A DNA stretch of 64,000 nucleotides from Mobula hypostoma (Eukaryota), in contig NC_086097.1 of assembly GCF_963921235.1 (NCBI RefSeq), positions 106,950,001 through 107,014,000 on the forward strand, written 5' to 3'. Numbering within the stretch: position 1 is the stretch's first letter; every line of letters begins with the position of its first letter. A program made the position numbers and the translations under genes. The notes beneath the pieces are model-generated. The model was not told the origin of the DNA. It saw nothing but the letters and a program-made list of their open reading frames with translations, and did not search any database. This document shows, one piece after another, positions 63,619 through 64,000 of this stretch.

Positions 63619-64000
63619 CTGTGAAAATTAAATTAGATAGCCATCTGCAAATAAAAGACAATGGATAAATCAGACAAAAAATAGCAGATTGTTTGCCCTT
63701 TCTGCAATTCATTGATATCAATACACATCTCGCTTTGTAAATTAAACAGACCTGATGATATTCTTTGTAAATTCTAAAGATATCCCAGCCAGTAAGTTAT
63801 AAACTATGAATGGTTCTTTATGTAATTTGAGATAGTAGATAAAGCCATCTGCAAATTATAGATAAGATCAGCTATCATCAAGTTTCCCATTTATAGCCTG
63901 TAGATGGTATATAACTATCTGTGATAGATTATGGATAATCCTGTTTCTGAATTATAATAATGATAACCATGCCTATACGTGATAAATAGCAGATAATCAC

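Noticed and set aside
1-64000. Prokaryotic-type systems (CRISPR, retron, operon) suggested by RT plus structured RNA
   Set aside because: No repeat-spacer arrays or operons; all RTs are eukaryotic CR1, Rex1, RTE or Penelope types within intron-containing DNA.

Overview
AT-rich eukaryotic genomic DNA, about half transposon-derived. The repeat mix (many CR1 LINE subfamilies with microsatellite tails, Neptune-type Penelope-like elements (PLEs), Rex1/Babar LINEs, HE1-like V-SINEs, Tc1 and hAT MITEs) suggests a cartilaginous fish, probably a ray; this is inference. Nearly all long ORFs in the track are retrotransposon fragments or their antisense shadows. The host-coding signal I can support is a phase-compatible chain of minus-strand exons (53783-53871, 51436/51440-51674, 33932-33986, putative terminal exon ending at 24110) of a gene I cannot name. 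Most notable observations: (1) PLE pseudo-LTRs carry a minimal type-I hammerhead ribozyme, with near-intact copies at 59759-59794(+) and 60145-60180(-) in an inverted pair probably inside an intron; (2) tandem splice donors could switch the host C-terminus between two open frames; (3) a full-length CR1 has an esterase-type ORF1 and a tandem 165-bp monomer promoter; (4) Tc1-derived elements end in TIR hairpins, including a composite element that captured LINE sequence; (5) several nested insertions have readable target-site duplications (TSDs). Boundaries of old repeats are approximate, and family names come from recognition, not database search.
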